A DNA stretch of 48,745 bases, filler included, from Sphacelaria rigidula (GCA_964200075.2; 2 parts of 2 records of this genome joined end to end with filler, not necessarily neighbours in it); one strand, 5' to 3'; shown: positions 12,401 to 25,661, numbered from the whole stretch's first letter. A program made the numbers and translations. Notes: generated from the letters alone by a model not told the origin.

Positions 12401-15400
12401 CAACAGAACAGCAGTATATTTCAGGGGGGTTCTAGTAGTGTTGTTCCCATGGTGCAACTGCTGACAAGATATTCAAAGCGTGTGACCACGGTTGGATCCC
12501 TGGGGGGGGTCAGTTGAAGTGCGACAATCAATCACCGATCAATCAATCAGCGAATGAGATATTTTAGATGTCCAATGAACCTTACACATGAACCAGAACA
12601 CAAAAGGGTCTCGACTCTTCCTCGCGGGACCGAGGCGGGAAAACGACCGATATCGCCTCCCGTGCTGCCCCGACTCGCTGTATAATTTGGGCAACATCGG
12701 TGTTTTCACAACTGACCGTAGAGCGCTTCACTTTTTGGGGGAAAGCGACCTCATGATCACAAATTCTTGCGCTAAAATTTAAGCATTGAATGTTATCACT
12801 GTGCGGACCGCATACCCCGAACTGCGGTTCAAGCAGGTTTGGAGACCTTAAAAACTCCTGCCCTCAGGCCAGATACTGAGACGTTTCTCACGCAGCAATC
12901 ATTCGAGATGCGTCGTAAGTTCCATGAAACTACATCAAGTCGATCAGGAACCGAGCATGTGTCAATAATCTCGACCAAGATAGCTGCTGAGGCCCGCTCC
13001 TTACAACAGACAAAAACAAAAAATCTGGAAAAATGCCTTCTTGGAGTTCCTACGTCGTTTTACGTCCTAAAAAGAGAGCTAGGTGTAGTTTGACACCTTG
13101 GAAAGACTTGCTCTACTAGTTGAGACGGTTCCAGGACATCCTTCCGTTCTCCGGTGGCCGCAGTTTTTATTCTGGCCCGAAGCGAATTTTTGTCCGGGAA
13201 CGGTCAAGTCCAGAGGAAAATGGCGACTTTTTCTAGATTTGACTGTTTTTGACCGCTCTTGGACGAAAAAAAATGTTTGGTCAAAATAGAAACTGCGGCA
13301 ACCGGATAACGGGAAGATATCTTGGAATTGCCTCAACTAGTGGAGCAAGTCATTCCGGGGTGTCAAACTCCGCCTAGCTCTTTTTTAGGACGTAAAACGA
13401 CGTAAAAGCTCCAAAAAGGCAATTTTCTAGATTTTTATTCTTGACTGTTATGAGGAGCGGCCTGATGTCGGGCGTCGAACTTTGCGTGCTGAGGACAAAA
13501 AATGTAGTATGAAAAATCAAACAAGAAATAAGCAAACAACGCGTTGCTACGCGGGAGCACCTGTTTGAAAACTGCACGTAAATGCAAGCCAGTATGGCCA
13601 CTCCTGTGCGAGCATCTGCCCCGAATTTCCAAACAGCACCTCAGCACACAAGTTTGAACGTGAAATTTTGATATGCGCAGCGGGATCTCGGGTACAAGGG
13701 AGGGGGGGGGGGGGGGGGGAAGAGTATCAACTGCCGAACGGCCAGAAGCCATGCAATAGTGAAATAAAAAACAACAGAGACGGACACAGTTCACTAACCT
13801 GCACAACTGAAACGGCAGCGTCAGAGACGCCCACGACCGGTTTCACTACAGCCCCCACGAGCCCCTTGCCTACGCCCTTGAAGAATCCTCCCACCCCTGC
13901 ACTCTTGGCGCCCTTGACCGGGGCAGTGAAGATGCCGCCGACACCGGAGGCAATCCCGCCCGTAATGTTCGAAGCTCCCTGCACGATGCATTGTGGGAAG
14001 GCCGACGCGATGAGGTTGAGAGGTGTGCTGTTGTCCTCGACGGGCGGGAACTTTTGCCCGTATGGTCGCTACGCAAATGTGAGCACTGCGCATACCGTTG
14101 ACAGCAAACAACTGACGGCAGCTGGCGCCGTATCCCAAATATCAAAGAGCACATACAGCTCAACTTTCATCATCACGGGAGCCAGTATACCCGCTAGTAT
14201 GGACTAGAACAGGGAAAATACCTGCACGAAGCCATGTCCAACGCCACCCTGCTTGGCCATGTTCTTGTTCTTTTCTCTCTCTCGCTTTGCCTTGTACTCG
14301 TCGTCGAAGGAGAGCATCGACACCGTGTCGCTCACGGCACCGCCGACGCCAGCGACAGAGCTGAACACTCCGTGCACCGTGCCTGGGAACCGAACGCAAG
14401 AGCACACGAAAAACATTTCATTTGTGGAAGTCATAAAACTCCCGGTGACGGTAGCAACCGTCGGAGGTGGCCGATGACTTTCCTCGGGTTATGTAGTCAA
14501 GGATTGACCGTAAGTCGTGGGGTTGAGGCAAAGTGGATCACTCGGGAAAGCTCGACGAGAGCCAGCGAGTTAGCCTGATGACGAAATCTGAGAGTCTTGG
14601 TCAAGAGTGATGCCCCAGGAATAGACAGCAGTTCGCTGGGATGATCCCTGTTACCTTGGGGTCCCAGATCCGGCTGTACAGATATGGGAGAGTTTCGGGG
14701 CTCCTGCAAAACTTGCCCCTGTAACAGCCGTTCAATAGGTTACACGTCATGAAAGGAAATCTCTCCGCACATGCCGAGATGGCGATCTCCACACATTCGA
14801 CACTAAGCAAATATCAAGACCAGCCAACGCGAACGACTGAAAAAAAAACGACAGTTCAGACTAAACACGAGATACCAAGCACCTACAAAGCGGAGGGGGA
14901 ATGGTACGCTCAAGTATTACAAGCTGGTTCAGATTGAATACCCAAAATTTATTCCCCGGCTAACGACGAACGCAATACCCAGCCAATATGCACAAATATG
15001 GTATCATACTGACCGCAATGAACAGACGAAAAGGGTGACATCGTCGGATTTTTTTTCAAGGCTATCGCGGTGGCGCTATGGACAAAAATATGTCTCGACC
15101 AATCAGCGCCTTTCAAGTTGTTCCGAAATTGGAAAACACGAATTCCAAGTCCAATTTCCACCGAATCTCCGCATGGTTCAAATCGCAGTAACCGTCATCA
15201 GCTTGGGAATCTAACGGGAGAAACAGATTCTAAAACGGTTCCAACTGGGTCGAATTTTGCCCCAAACCGTAATATTTCGGTGATGTGGAGCTTTGGCGTC
15301 GTCTAATTTCCACTCCTGATACGTACAAAAGACCCACGGAGCCTCGAGACGATTTCCCTTTTATCTGTTGGAGAGAAGCTCAGATCGTCCTCAAACTCGG

Positions 15401-18400
15401 CAGTTTCGTAGGTACTGATACTCCAAATGGAGAAATTATATTCTTGGCAAGATTTCAAAGGTTCTCCGTTCTCTACCGGCTTCCGGGGGTCCCAGCATGA
15501 AGACCCCAGGAAATCGGTACGGAATGCCCCAACACCAAAATTTCGATATTTGAGGGTCACGTGGTATCCCAAAGAACATGTGCACCAATTTTCGTTGCTC
15601 AACTCGAAAAACTGAATCGGCTGGGTCTTGTACCGTACAAACAACCCCCCTAAAGGGCGATTCTGTACTTTAATCAAGTAATCGCATGTTTTTTTATACT
15701 TCAGCGCATGTTTTGGCATTTCCTCACGCCGTTTTTTCGAGTCAGACCACGAAAATTTGCATACATGTTCTGAAGGGCACTTTCTGAAACTCGAAGACCG
15801 TTTTTTTTTTTTTTATTGCTGGTGGCTGTTTATCCAAGGTTGCGGTTAACCCACTTGACCGGGGGAGGGGTACAGATCCCGACTATCTCGACACCAAATA
15901 AGAAAAAGAAGGCCTTCGAGTTTTAGATAGTGTCCTTCAGAACATGTGTGCAAATTTTCGTGGTCTAACTCGAAAAAACGGCGTGAGGAAATCCCGGGGA
16001 ATGAATTTTGGGCGTTCAATCTGAACCAGCTCGTAAACTTCACATTTTTTCAGCACCTCTTCAGGTACAGCCCCGTAACATATAATACCCGATATGTGGC
16101 CATCTCCGTAGTCGAGAACGCAATATACCCAAAAATCAACAGGAACGCATCCGATATAACTGAAATTACCTATTTTTCCCCACAACCGTAAGTGAAACTT
16201 CAAGAGGACCTGGAAATGGCCAAAAATAGTTCATAGCTGCGTGAAAGTGTCATTTTGCTCGGCAACTCTGGGGCGAAGCCCACAGGTAGCTGCTTCTTCC
16301 GACTCTTTGCCGGAAACAATCCCCACCCCGCAAATATGAACACCGCGAAATTTCCATGTGCAACTTTCGACAAGACACTCGAGGACGTAGGGGAACAGGT
16401 GAGTCGTGTCTTTCCCGCGCACGTTAAGCTTTCTGCAAGTTGCAGTAACCGCTTTTCTGCCCTGTGTTTACTCTGCATGTTTCCTTGCCCTCGACTCCAA
16501 CGAAGCTTCTGTTGCTTTTTTGTTCCCCATTACAGATGCGACTGCCCCCGGAACATGATACGTCAGGTTCAGTGACACTTCCGATCTACCGACAACCTGC
16601 ACGGTGCCTTCACTTGCACATTTCGGGAGAGGTGACAGCATTGCCCTCTCTGCTCGTTCTGTGAAGTGCCAAGCACCTCCAACGACAGGTCATAAACACA
16701 CGCAATACTGCAAGCAGGGTGGGAGGCATGGCACGTGTGGGTTGCCTGCTGTGTGCACCAGCACGCGAAATCTCTCCAGTGCTCATGGCTGCGCCTCAAA
16801 CATCTAGCGCAGTTCTTACCCTTGACGAAGCTCTGAGCGCCGCGGCCAACTCCTTCGAAGAATTCTGCCGGTCCTTGGACTAGTCCTTGCGCCGGTGCGT
16901 ATACCAGCGCCTTGGCTCCCCCGCCGACGTTGCTGATCAGATCCGCGGGGCTTCCCAGAGCACGGATGGAGCCCACCAAAAACAGCACCTGGCATATTTA
17001 GAAGCGAAGTACAACTCCCGTTTAGTTCATCTTTGACGGAAATTTCGCAAGCTGCCAGCTAGCATTTTCATCTACCCGACAAAACGACAAACAAACCTGG
17101 AAATAGGAGGACAAAACACGAGCTGTCTGACGGTGTGTGTATTTGAGCAAGATATGCATACAGGTTACAACTTTGAGTTCACACCTGATGAACATTCAGA
17201 AACACTTGTTCATCTGGAAACATTAAAAGACAAGTAAATATCGCACGCGTCAGTAAACGCCCGGAGAAATAGCCACATCCCCTTGCGAATGAGGGCAGGA
17301 AGACAAGCACGGTGTTATAACCTGACGCTTGCAACTGTCGTCCCTCCGACCCTACCTTGGACTCTTTCACAGCTCGGCAGCAGTGGTAGTTATCCGGATA
17401 CATGGCACCCCGCAAGTCCCAAGAACACAATGAAGAGCCCCGGAAGGAGGGAGAGGTCAGCACACAAATGTTATACAGCATCTACAGAGGTAGCAGGTAT
17501 GCACCAAGGTACAGAGTGTGAAAAGGAACAACGATAACCTTCTGTGACGTAAACCGGTAAAGCGCGTTAGTATTTACTGTACCTGAGAGGTAGCGGCGAC
17601 GGTGTAGTGGCGGCTGATGTTCTTGGAGACGTCTTGAATGCTGCCGAAGGTATCTTCGACGAGGTATGACGCAAGATCCACGTTGCTCTTCACCAGGGTA
17701 GGAATCTTGTTGATGATGGGCATGGCGGCCGCATCGTACAGTTTCTGTTTGCATTGCATGGGTACAAGGAATTCAAAACAAGATAAATGGTGAAAATATC
17801 AAAACCACTTGCGAGTATTTGGCTCCATTTCGAGAGCTGGAGAACATTGATCGCATGCCAACGTCAACTGCACGCTGTTCGCATTCACCTCTTCAGTATA
17901 GCGGCCAAGATACTTCTGACTGACATCTTGAGGCAACCCGTACCGTGATTGGGAAGAGTGGCGGCGATGGGGAGGTTAAATGAAATCCGAAGGTGGTGAT
18001 ACTAATAAACATGGCCTAGAGAGGAGCATTGGACACGTGGACGAACCCAAGATACTCTCGTAGTGCATCGCGGGGGAAACGTTATACGACAAGGGTCAAC
18101 AAGACACGGAAAGCTAGCATGACTGCCGATGTTGGAAACAATCACTAGGTGCGAATCACAGGGGGGGAAAACATCTCTGCGAAGGGCAAACTACACACGG
18201 TGCTTCCAAAGGAGTGCTCACGGTAGCCATTGACCGTCACGCATAATCCACCCTCCCTCCAGACATTTGCATATACCAAGACCTAACTACTTTTCCCACG
18301 ATGCTCCCGAACGACGGCGAACTTTGGACAACATGTCACGTGTAAACCAGTGGGGGTAGACACTTTCTCTGCCAATGGCCAACTAAACACGGTGTTTCAA

Positions 18401-21400
18401 AACATGTCCTGATGTTCGGCAACGAGTGTCATGTGGCAGTCACTGGCGAGGCATGTAACCTGCCAACAGTAAACTGAGCACGGTTGGTGCCCGAATTGAA
18501 TGCTGATGGCGAGAAGGAACACTAACGTCAAGGAGACGGAGAATACATTCGTTAACAAGGGTTTACTGAACACCAAGATTCCAACCGGCGGCTGGTGGTG
18601 GCCAGCGGCCATCATACATAACCCGTTGGGAGGAAGTTACGTCTGCCAAGAGTTGGTGTACGCATCACACCATGGACAATATATTACATTGTTTAAAAAA
18701 GCACCACTTATAGTATGGAATCTTATGTCTGCTGAAATAGACACCATGGCCGATACTGTACACGCAACACGTTTTGACAACGTAATCTATTGTTCAGGGT
18801 GTGGGATGCATAGATGTACACAAATGAACACGGGGCGCAAATCGTGATCCGAACACGGCAAATATTCAGCCAATAGACCTTCCATAGATTGCTGAAGTGG
18901 ATGAGAGTGCGACAGTCACGACCGATCCCTCATTATCCTTGCCGCTGCTGCTGCTGCCGCCGCCGCTCTCAGTTTCAGTACGGTGCGCATGCGTGACTAC
19001 GTGCACTCCTGTCGCCACACCATGGTCTGTGACCCACACCCCAGTAAAAACGGCACACTCGATGCGTGCCACCCTGCCCCTCAACCTTGCACATCTACGT
19101 AGGCGATGTCTGGATAGATTCTCTCCACGAATGTTTTGGTAACAATCAAGCATGGTCTGTGTTCATGCCATTTACCGCCAAAGTGCTACACGGGTTAACG
19201 AGCAACATGGTTTGGACGATGATGGCAGTGCTCCTGAAAACCGAAACAATATTCACGGTCTGGAGTTCTCATGAATAACATCGTCTCAACGCGATGTTCA
19301 GGTACATACTTTCTTCTCCTTCCCGTGCTGAACTAATCACATCGGCATACAGGGCAAGTGACCAAGCCACCAGCGACCAAGCAAAACCCAACTGGAGTCT
19401 TGGTTGCACTTGCTCTCGAAAGCATGTCCAGTCACTGATGTCACTGCGCTTTATACCGTGCCAACACCAAGTCAAGAGCACTTCAATTCTTCCATGTTAA
19501 GGGATTATGGACTCATACATTTGAATCTTTCTTCGTTGCGACTCGATTCTACTGTCAGATGTCATTGCTTGAAGCCCGGGCTCCCATTGTTTGTTAATGC
19601 CCCCATCCCAACCTTTCAACACACCGACGAAAAAAATGTACCACACGCAGCAGCGGAGAAAACAAGGGGAATCGCGCTCACGCGAGGACTAGGTGACGCT
19701 GCAGCAATGGCAATATCCATCACTCCTACATAGCCTCTATTGCCACGGCTGGCACCAGCGTAGGCACAAGGCGCCAACAGCTACGGTACACAGGAAACAT
19801 GTAGACTTTGCAGCAGTCGCTAGAAGCTGATGCCGCTAAGTGCATGGATGCGGCTGGGACACTTCTCCGTAAAAATATGCGATTGTTGTTGACCCGTGAT
19901 TGCTTCCGACTCAGTGACACTCGCCGCGATAGCCCCCCCCCCCCCCCAAAACACGTGCCTGGTTTGGGGAGGCAAAATCTTCGCGTGAATCGAAATAGAG
20001 AGAGCCGAGAACAACGAGCAGCTGGGGATTCCCACGCTTGGGTTCGTTCTCGTCAATGTCGCCCATATGAGGCGCTTCATGGAGCCTGAACCCAAACATC
20101 AGGCGCTGTATGCCCATTTGTTTCGTGACACTTTTGGTCTGGGCGTTTTTGGGGGGGGGGTCTCAACACCCTCGAAGACGCGCCGCTGCTACCCTGGCAT
20201 CGTGCTGGGAGTTACGTCAGTGACAGGTCCGCGGACAGATGGTTACACTGTATGTGAAAAACGGTACCGTACGATGCTATGCTGTGACCTACATAAAATA
20301 TGACCCGCAAATGATTTTCAGCTAGTTGCCGAGTGTGTATTTGATGCTCATCGTTTGCGTCATTTTCTATGCGCATGGCCAGTCAGAGAAGAGTGATCTT
20401 GGTCGTTCCTGAGTCTCAATCTCTGAAGGATTACACTAAAATTGAAAGGAACACGAGAAAAAAGACGATGACATAAAAATCTTGACTCGACGCCAAATCA
20501 CAACAATAGCGTATAAAGCACGATGCAAGGAAAGATGGTCATCCGACAACAGCCATTTCACGACGTTTCCATTCCTACGGTCCCATACTGTTCAGCAAGC
20601 TCTCACGTTGGAAGCGGGCGTCCTCATGTAGCTGATGCGACACATAATCGGGTGGAACCGCAGAGTCTTGAAGTACTTCCGCTCGATGCGGGCTGACCGT
20701 CGAACCTGGACGAACACAACAATCGCAGCCACACAAGCGCATCGACACGTACGAGGAAGACTTGTTTTTGAGACAAGTCAGTAGCCCGAACAAGAAAAAA
20801 AAGCAAGACCACAAGGCGGCTAGAAAGACTGTCATCATCAGTCACCCCGCCGACGGTGCGTGTAATGATGTCGGTGACCCTGAATCGCACGCGTGCGGTC
20901 GAAGGGATGAGCAGTGTTGATCACCAACCCGCCTACCGCAGCCAATGACGAAAAAAATCAACCAACCAACCGACGCAGCCATCAACCAATCAACCAATTC
21001 AATCGAACTCAAACAGCAACGTTACAGAACACTACCAAATGCATTATGACAATACGGCTTCAAGGAAGTGACCATGGCGCGTTCAAGCCCTCGACTAATT
21101 ATCCCCACATCTACGATTTCTGAGGCCTGTGACGGTTTAAGAGACAACCAACTAGACTACACAGGCCTGATTGCTCGAAAAAGATAATGAGGTTGATCGC
21201 GGGACAGAACATTCCAAACGCAATTTGGCGCGCTTTTTTACGGGCCTGGGGAGGGGGTTCCTGGGGTGCAGCGCTGGAAACAAGGCCCAAGCATTGATTC
21301 GTATGGTACGAATAAATTACATTCAACATTCAACAGGAAGGATTCTTCAAACGAACCCCGTTTTGTCCGAACCTTCGACCAGATTCCAAAATCACACCAC

Positions 21401-23503
21401 AAGGAACAACAGCTCACCACTCCGCCACACCTGCTCAAACACAAAGGTGCCATTTACACCTGCGGGTGATTCGTGATAATTATTAACGAGTCTATTCCCC
21501 CCCCATCCCCCCCCCCCAAAAAAAAAATATCCGATTTCTTTGGAAGAAAGACGATTCTCCAAAATATGTGAGGTCAGCTTTCCCAGTCAGCTGAGGCAAT
21601 AGATCAGTCCAAGACTGACTACAGAGTTCCGGGAAAACCCAGTATCGGAAGTTTTTTCAGTACTTGTTTGGGTGGGGGGATAGGGAAACAAATCTATTTT
21701 TCCCGGGAAAAAGTTGAAGAAACAGCCTGAGGGAACAAGAGCCCGTCAATAACAGCCCTGAGCAGCGTAGTGGTTGTTTATGAGGGTGCCTAGGGTGGTT
21801 TTTGAGTTGACTCTCACCTGGTGGCCATGCTAATCCCCTTGTTTCATCTGTCTTTCTTCTTTTTTTGTTCCTTTTGTTTTCTTTCGATGTGCTTCTGAGC
21901 ACATCAGATTTTTTTCTTTTTCATTCCGTTGAACTTGGGGAAGCTACTTCTCGAATGTCTTCTCGGCGTCTCTCTTCCTATCTTCATTTTTGTAATATTT
22001 CAGTTGATGCGTTTGTTCTTGTAACCAGGCTGGAGTCTGAGAAAAAATGACCAGGACTCTTTATATCTTATAACGAACAGTAGGGACGGTATTGGAAAAT
22101 CGAGCCTACGTCTGTGACCATGGGTTCGAGAGATTGGACCAATGTGCAGAAATGACAAAAAAGAAATCGGCGGCAAACCTTCGACCACAGCAGAAAGAGT
22201 GTTTGTTCCAAAACGCTCGAACGAGATCCGAAAATGCCTCACACCGGGGACATCTCCTCCACCATGCCTACACAGACCGTTCGCTGTAAGACTCCTGCCC
22301 AAGAAAACAAGGCCCCCGTAAAACAAAAATCTGGCGAAAAATTGGCTTATCTTGCAATGTCCGGAACACAGACGCATACCTCGTCGACGTCCACAAATCC
22401 GCCGGGTATCGCCGCCGCGCCCCTCTCCAACACCTCCGCGGTGCGCTTGGCCACCCACGCGCGGCTGTCCAGTTTGTGCTTCCGCATCTCCAGGTAACCG
22501 CTGACTGGCTTGAACAGTACTAATAGGTGCAGCACGCTGGCTCTGTCTGCCATGATGTCTACCTCCAGCATTCTGAGGTCGAGCCACGAGGCAATAGGGT
22601 CGAACAACGAAGCACGAAAACCAAAAGCATGCCTTATTTCAAGCGGGTTTTGCTTTTCAAGCCAGGCGATTCGCTTAGAATGCGTACTCTGCGAACACTG
22701 CCCGCGCTAACCCATGACACTCGGTTCAATGCGGGCCCTGCTCTCTGCAAATTGCGCACTCCTATTCGAACGTAATGACACGCGCACTTCGGCACTACTT
22801 GTGGCAATAAATACTGAAAGAAAAAACCGCGAGACTTACCGGAATGCAACGTAGTTGAAGTGAGCCGTGTTCGTCGTCTGATTGTTCTCCTTAATGAGTG
22901 ACAGCGCAAGGAATGGCGTGGTCTTCGAGTCCTTGCCCCGGCGCTCGCCTTTGGTGTCTGCTTCCTCAGCTCTGCCGCTCAGGAGCACCGGATATAGTCC
23001 GTCTGGGATGTAATTGTCCACCTGCGTGTACATGGAGCGTTGAAAACGCACACACCTTCAGAATTCACTTACTACGACGTTTGAACGATTTTTGCATGAA
23101 CCCATGCTCTTGGATGATGCCGGGGCGACCGACACGGAAAACAACGCTGATACGGGCTGGGCCTATCCCCCCTTAGTACTCTGCTGCATCACTTTTGTCT
23201 ATTTGGGTGTGTGTGGTGGATGCTATTACGATCTCAACAGATGGGAAAAGTCGAGGAGGGAAAACCCGATGCACATAAGCTTCTCTGTAATGACAGAGAT
23301 GGAAAATCAACAGGCCTGAATGTTGAAAAAAATGAGCCCAAACTGTATCACAGACGACAACGTTTACATGCCAAAACTGCTACCATTACCCTCTTTCAGG
23401 GCTTACCCACCACCATCTGCCCGCCTTCGCGCGAGTACACACCTACCTGCATTGAGCCGATGGAGGCTTGAACGGAGGACAGTCTGTCTTGTGACAGTTT
23501 CAC
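3500..23503 (-). CDS. VPS13: VPS13-family bridge-like lipid transfer protein, C-terminal ~778 aa (5'-truncated at the contig join). 18 exons: 23447-23503, 22840-23021, 22380-22572, 20607-20705, 17583-17744, 16820-16988, 14222-14382, 13799-13978, 12246-12374, 11120-11248, 9350-9412, 8851-8963, 8481-8583, 8185-8307, 6388-6479, 5902-5994, 4267-4397, 3500-3657
   Basis: All 17 introns are GT..AG and phase-compatible, giving one 2337-nt open frame ending in TGA at 3500-3502. Motifs typical of the VPS13 C-terminus: 'IGSMQ-VDNYIPDGLYPVLL', 'YFKTLRFHPIMCRISY', 'LVGSIRALGSPADLISNVGGGAKALVYAPAQG', the Gly-rich ATG2_C/APT1-like 'GGIASGVGGIFTAPVKGAKSAGVGGFFKGVGKGLVGAVVKPVVG', 'LRPPRAL', then a PH-like region. 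Confidence 0.92.
4049..4247. mobile_element. Palindromic MITE, CACACC-TIR family, 8-bp TSD (hAT/P-type)
   Basis: Termini cacaccgtggacaat / attgtccaaggtgtg; flanks aaaaaaat / aaaaagat; perfect internal 31-bp stem 4108-4138 with 4177-4207. Confidence 0.8.
4540..5490 (+). mobile_element. Composite repeat: ~315-bp palindrome (4540-4855) followed by a ~550-bp body
   Basis: Hairpin centred near 4697 (cgccagatat..gaggcgg / ccgcctc..atatctggcg). Body ~4940-5490 aligns by eye with the reverse complement of ~15060-15620. Confidence 0.72.
7695..8005. repeat. Dispersed ~310-bp repeat beginning ATGGTGAGACACCCATGAGGCAGTGT (copy 1)
   Basis: Colinear with 27211-27535 and 45298-45603; no TIR or TSD seen. 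Confidence 0.85.
12484..12550 (+). repeat. SINE/LINE-like 3' end with (AATC)n tail; other copies ~26921-26987 (+), ~41003-41060 (-), ~28770-28810 (-)
   Basis: Shared ccacgg.tg.at.cct..gg..tcagtt.a.gtgc..c followed by aatcaatc repeats. Confidence 0.65.
12990..13465. mobile_element. Foldback element, ~475-bp imperfect palindrome in a VPS13 intron
   Basis: aggcccgctcc...ggagcggcct termini; tacgtcgttttacgtcctaaaaa pairs with tttttaggacgtaaaacgacgta; arms pair almost to the centre near 13225. Confidence 0.87.
15060..15995 (-). mobile_element. Second, inverted copy of the composite repeat (palindrome 15716-15995 plus body)
   Basis: tttcctcacgccgttttttcgagt pairs with actcgaaaaaacggcgtgaggaaa; body shares 'gctgggaccc', 'acatcaccgaaatat', 'gattcc..agctgatg..ggttac' with the 4540 copy. 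Confidence 0.72.
18666..18803. mobile_element. MITE, CACACC-TIR family (138 bp)
   Basis: Termini cacaccatggacaat / attgttcagggtgtg; flanks gtacgcat / ggatgcat (6/8); body similar to the 40828 and 44069 copies. Confidence 0.75.
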
Positions 23504-24271
23504 CTGAATGTCGGAAACCTAACAACCGACGCATTCGCGGGGGGGAAAATATAACGGGAAAGAGTGGTAGGGGACGGGATGAACAAAATCAAAAAGAGGC
23601 AGCGGGGAAACAGAAAAATAGAGGGGAGCACACGTCCACAAGCGCGTGAAAAGCAAAGAAACAAATAATAGGAGGTGCGAACCTCCATGCGATAACGCGC
23701 AGATTGCGGTACACGATCCACACCGCGCCCGGCTTCCGACAAGAACGGTGGTTCAACAATGCCAACTGAAAGTATCTCGTCAGGCGTGGGGCGTGCGACT
23801 TGGGTGTCTGATGCGGAAAACTCACGAAACCGTCCGCCGACTGAAATAAAAGCGAAGCAAGCAAGAGTCTACACCGCAAAACGCGAACGCGAAGTACTCT
23901 CTGGCACAATATGGCGTGAAGTATGGTTTACAGTATGCTTGGGGTACAGTGAAATAGATCATTTCCCTTGACAGAATATTCCATCTTACCCTTGCCACCA
24001 TCGTACGCCTAGCTGCAGTAAAAACCAGTACCCAATCCTCTGGCCCGTGACAACTACTGTTCAGTATCCATCGGGTCCAATATTGATCTACAAAACCTTG
24101 AAAAAAACACACAATATCTTTCTCGGTCCTCCGCACCCCCTTTAGGAAGACGGGGGGCAACACAAATAGGGTGGTGAGCCTGGGTTCCATATTTCCCCGG
24201 GATCTGCATCCCACACATCTCCTTCTTCGAAAGACACTTTCTACGATAGCCCCCCCCCCCCCCCAGCCTTA

Positions 24272-24331
24272 ATGGTGAGACACTCATGAGGCAGTGTATA
24301 AGCCGTTGCTGTCTCTGGAAGTGGCGATACC
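24272..24331. repeat. Same family, cut by the assembly gap
   Basis: atggtgagacactcatgaggcagtgtataagccgttgctgtctctggaagtggcgatacc runs directly into the Ns. Confidence 0.85.
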
Positions 24332-24431
24332 NNNNNNNNNNNNNNNNNNNNNNNNNNNNNNNNNNNNNNNNNNNNTTAATTAATTAANNNNNNNNNNNNN
24401 NNNNNNNNNNNNNNNNNNNNNNNNNNNNNNN
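24332..24431. other. Artificial scaffold/pseudomolecule linker
   Basis: 44 N + TTAATTAATTAA (stops in all six frames) + 44 N = exactly 100 nt. The VPS13 gene to the left and the nucleoredoxin gene to the right both lack their 5' ends. Confidence 0.95.
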
Positions 24432-25065
24432 GCTTGCTCAATCAAGCTAAACGCATCTATCTGCACCGTCAATTTGCGTCCAATGTTGTGGTGGCAGATA
24501 GGGCCAATAGTTATGGGCGCTACCTCACCCAAGTCGCCCTAAAATGGCTATATTTATTGAGTATTTCTTGATGTTAGAAAAATCCTACGACCGCCGGAGG
24601 GGGGGGGGGAGGGGGGAGGGGTAAATAGGGTCTCGGAGTTTCTTTTTGGGCACTCTCGAGTCGGACATGGAAAATCGCCCGTAAGTGGCGCTACGGTAGC
24701 GGTGCATAGATATTTTCTGAGGTTCGCATTGTTAAAAGTCCTTTATTTCATCCAAAAAATATACATGATATGTGTGAGAGCACGCCACGATTAGCATTCC
24801 AATGCGCTAGGGATAAACTGAATGGGTTTGATAAAAGGGTAAAGTATGTCCTGACCCATATCCTTGTATAGCTACTAGCTTTATTATAGGAGCGTCTGAA
24901 TCAGAAAGATCTTGGCCCAAATATGCAACCACTACTGCATTATGACTCCCTTCAGAACTGCCGGTGGACTTGCAAGTGTCATCATCCATCTGGTTGTTCA
25001 GGGCGTGAGTGGCTGCCCCGAAGCCGGCGGCACCGCAGTGTTCGCGGCTGTATTGCGCAATGCTA

Positions 25066-25301
25066 CGGTAGGGGTGCACTTTTTTCGCGAAATTATGTCT
25101 AGTTCAGAGGTTCCTCACGATTCTAGAAGCATAAAAATATGGATCAGGACATCCCCGTTTGCAAATTCGTTCGGGATATCCCCAGCACATCGGAGTAGTA
25201 ATCCTGCCGTACTTTCACCCATTTTCATAGGTCGTGTTTTGCACGAGATAAAGGGCTACTAACAATTGTAACCTCAGAATATATTTGTGCACCCCTAACC
25301 G
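25066..25301. mobile_element. MITE with C(A/G)GTAGGGGTGCAC termini flanked by TA (Tc1/mariner-like)
   Basis: TA|cggtaggggtgcac...gtgcacccctaaccg|TA; body homologous to 30527-30986. Confidence 0.8.
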
Positions 25302-25418
25302 TAGCATTACTCTATTGCTGTACCACTCTTCGTCTTGTACAAGCTGTGTGTTGGAGGGGGTCACTGATGACCGGAACAATATAATTCACCCGAACTTGAC
25401 ATGAAGGTGGAACAAGAG

Positions 25419-25661
25419 CACGGTTCGGACAAATCGTCGGCGGTTCGAATCACCAAATCCACGATTTTTCAGGCCTGAGTGCTCGAAATAGAGAAAAAAG
25501 TCGACCGATGGTCGAAAAGGTTCCCACGAAACTTCTGCGCTATTCTGCGTACCTGGGTTGCAACACTGAAAACAAAGCCCAAGGATTGATTCGTACGGTA
25601 CGAATCAATCACACTAATATCGAGTAATTCCCATACGAATAATTTATTCGTCCGACCCATG
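25419..25661. mobile_element. MITE with 8-bp TSD; degenerate relative at ~21070-21375
   Basis: Imperfect TIRs cacggttcggacaaat / attcgtccgacccatg; TSD aacaagag / aacaagtg; internal 'gcccaag(g/c)attgattcgta(c/t)ggtacgaat' shared with ~21285-21315. Confidence 0.72.

Noticed and set aside
23683-23765. Possible additional upstream VPS13 exon (GIVEPPFLSEAGRGVDRVPQSARYRME)
   Set aside because: Splice sites and phase fit, but the peptide does not resemble the expected VPS13 segment. Left out of the model; not excluded.
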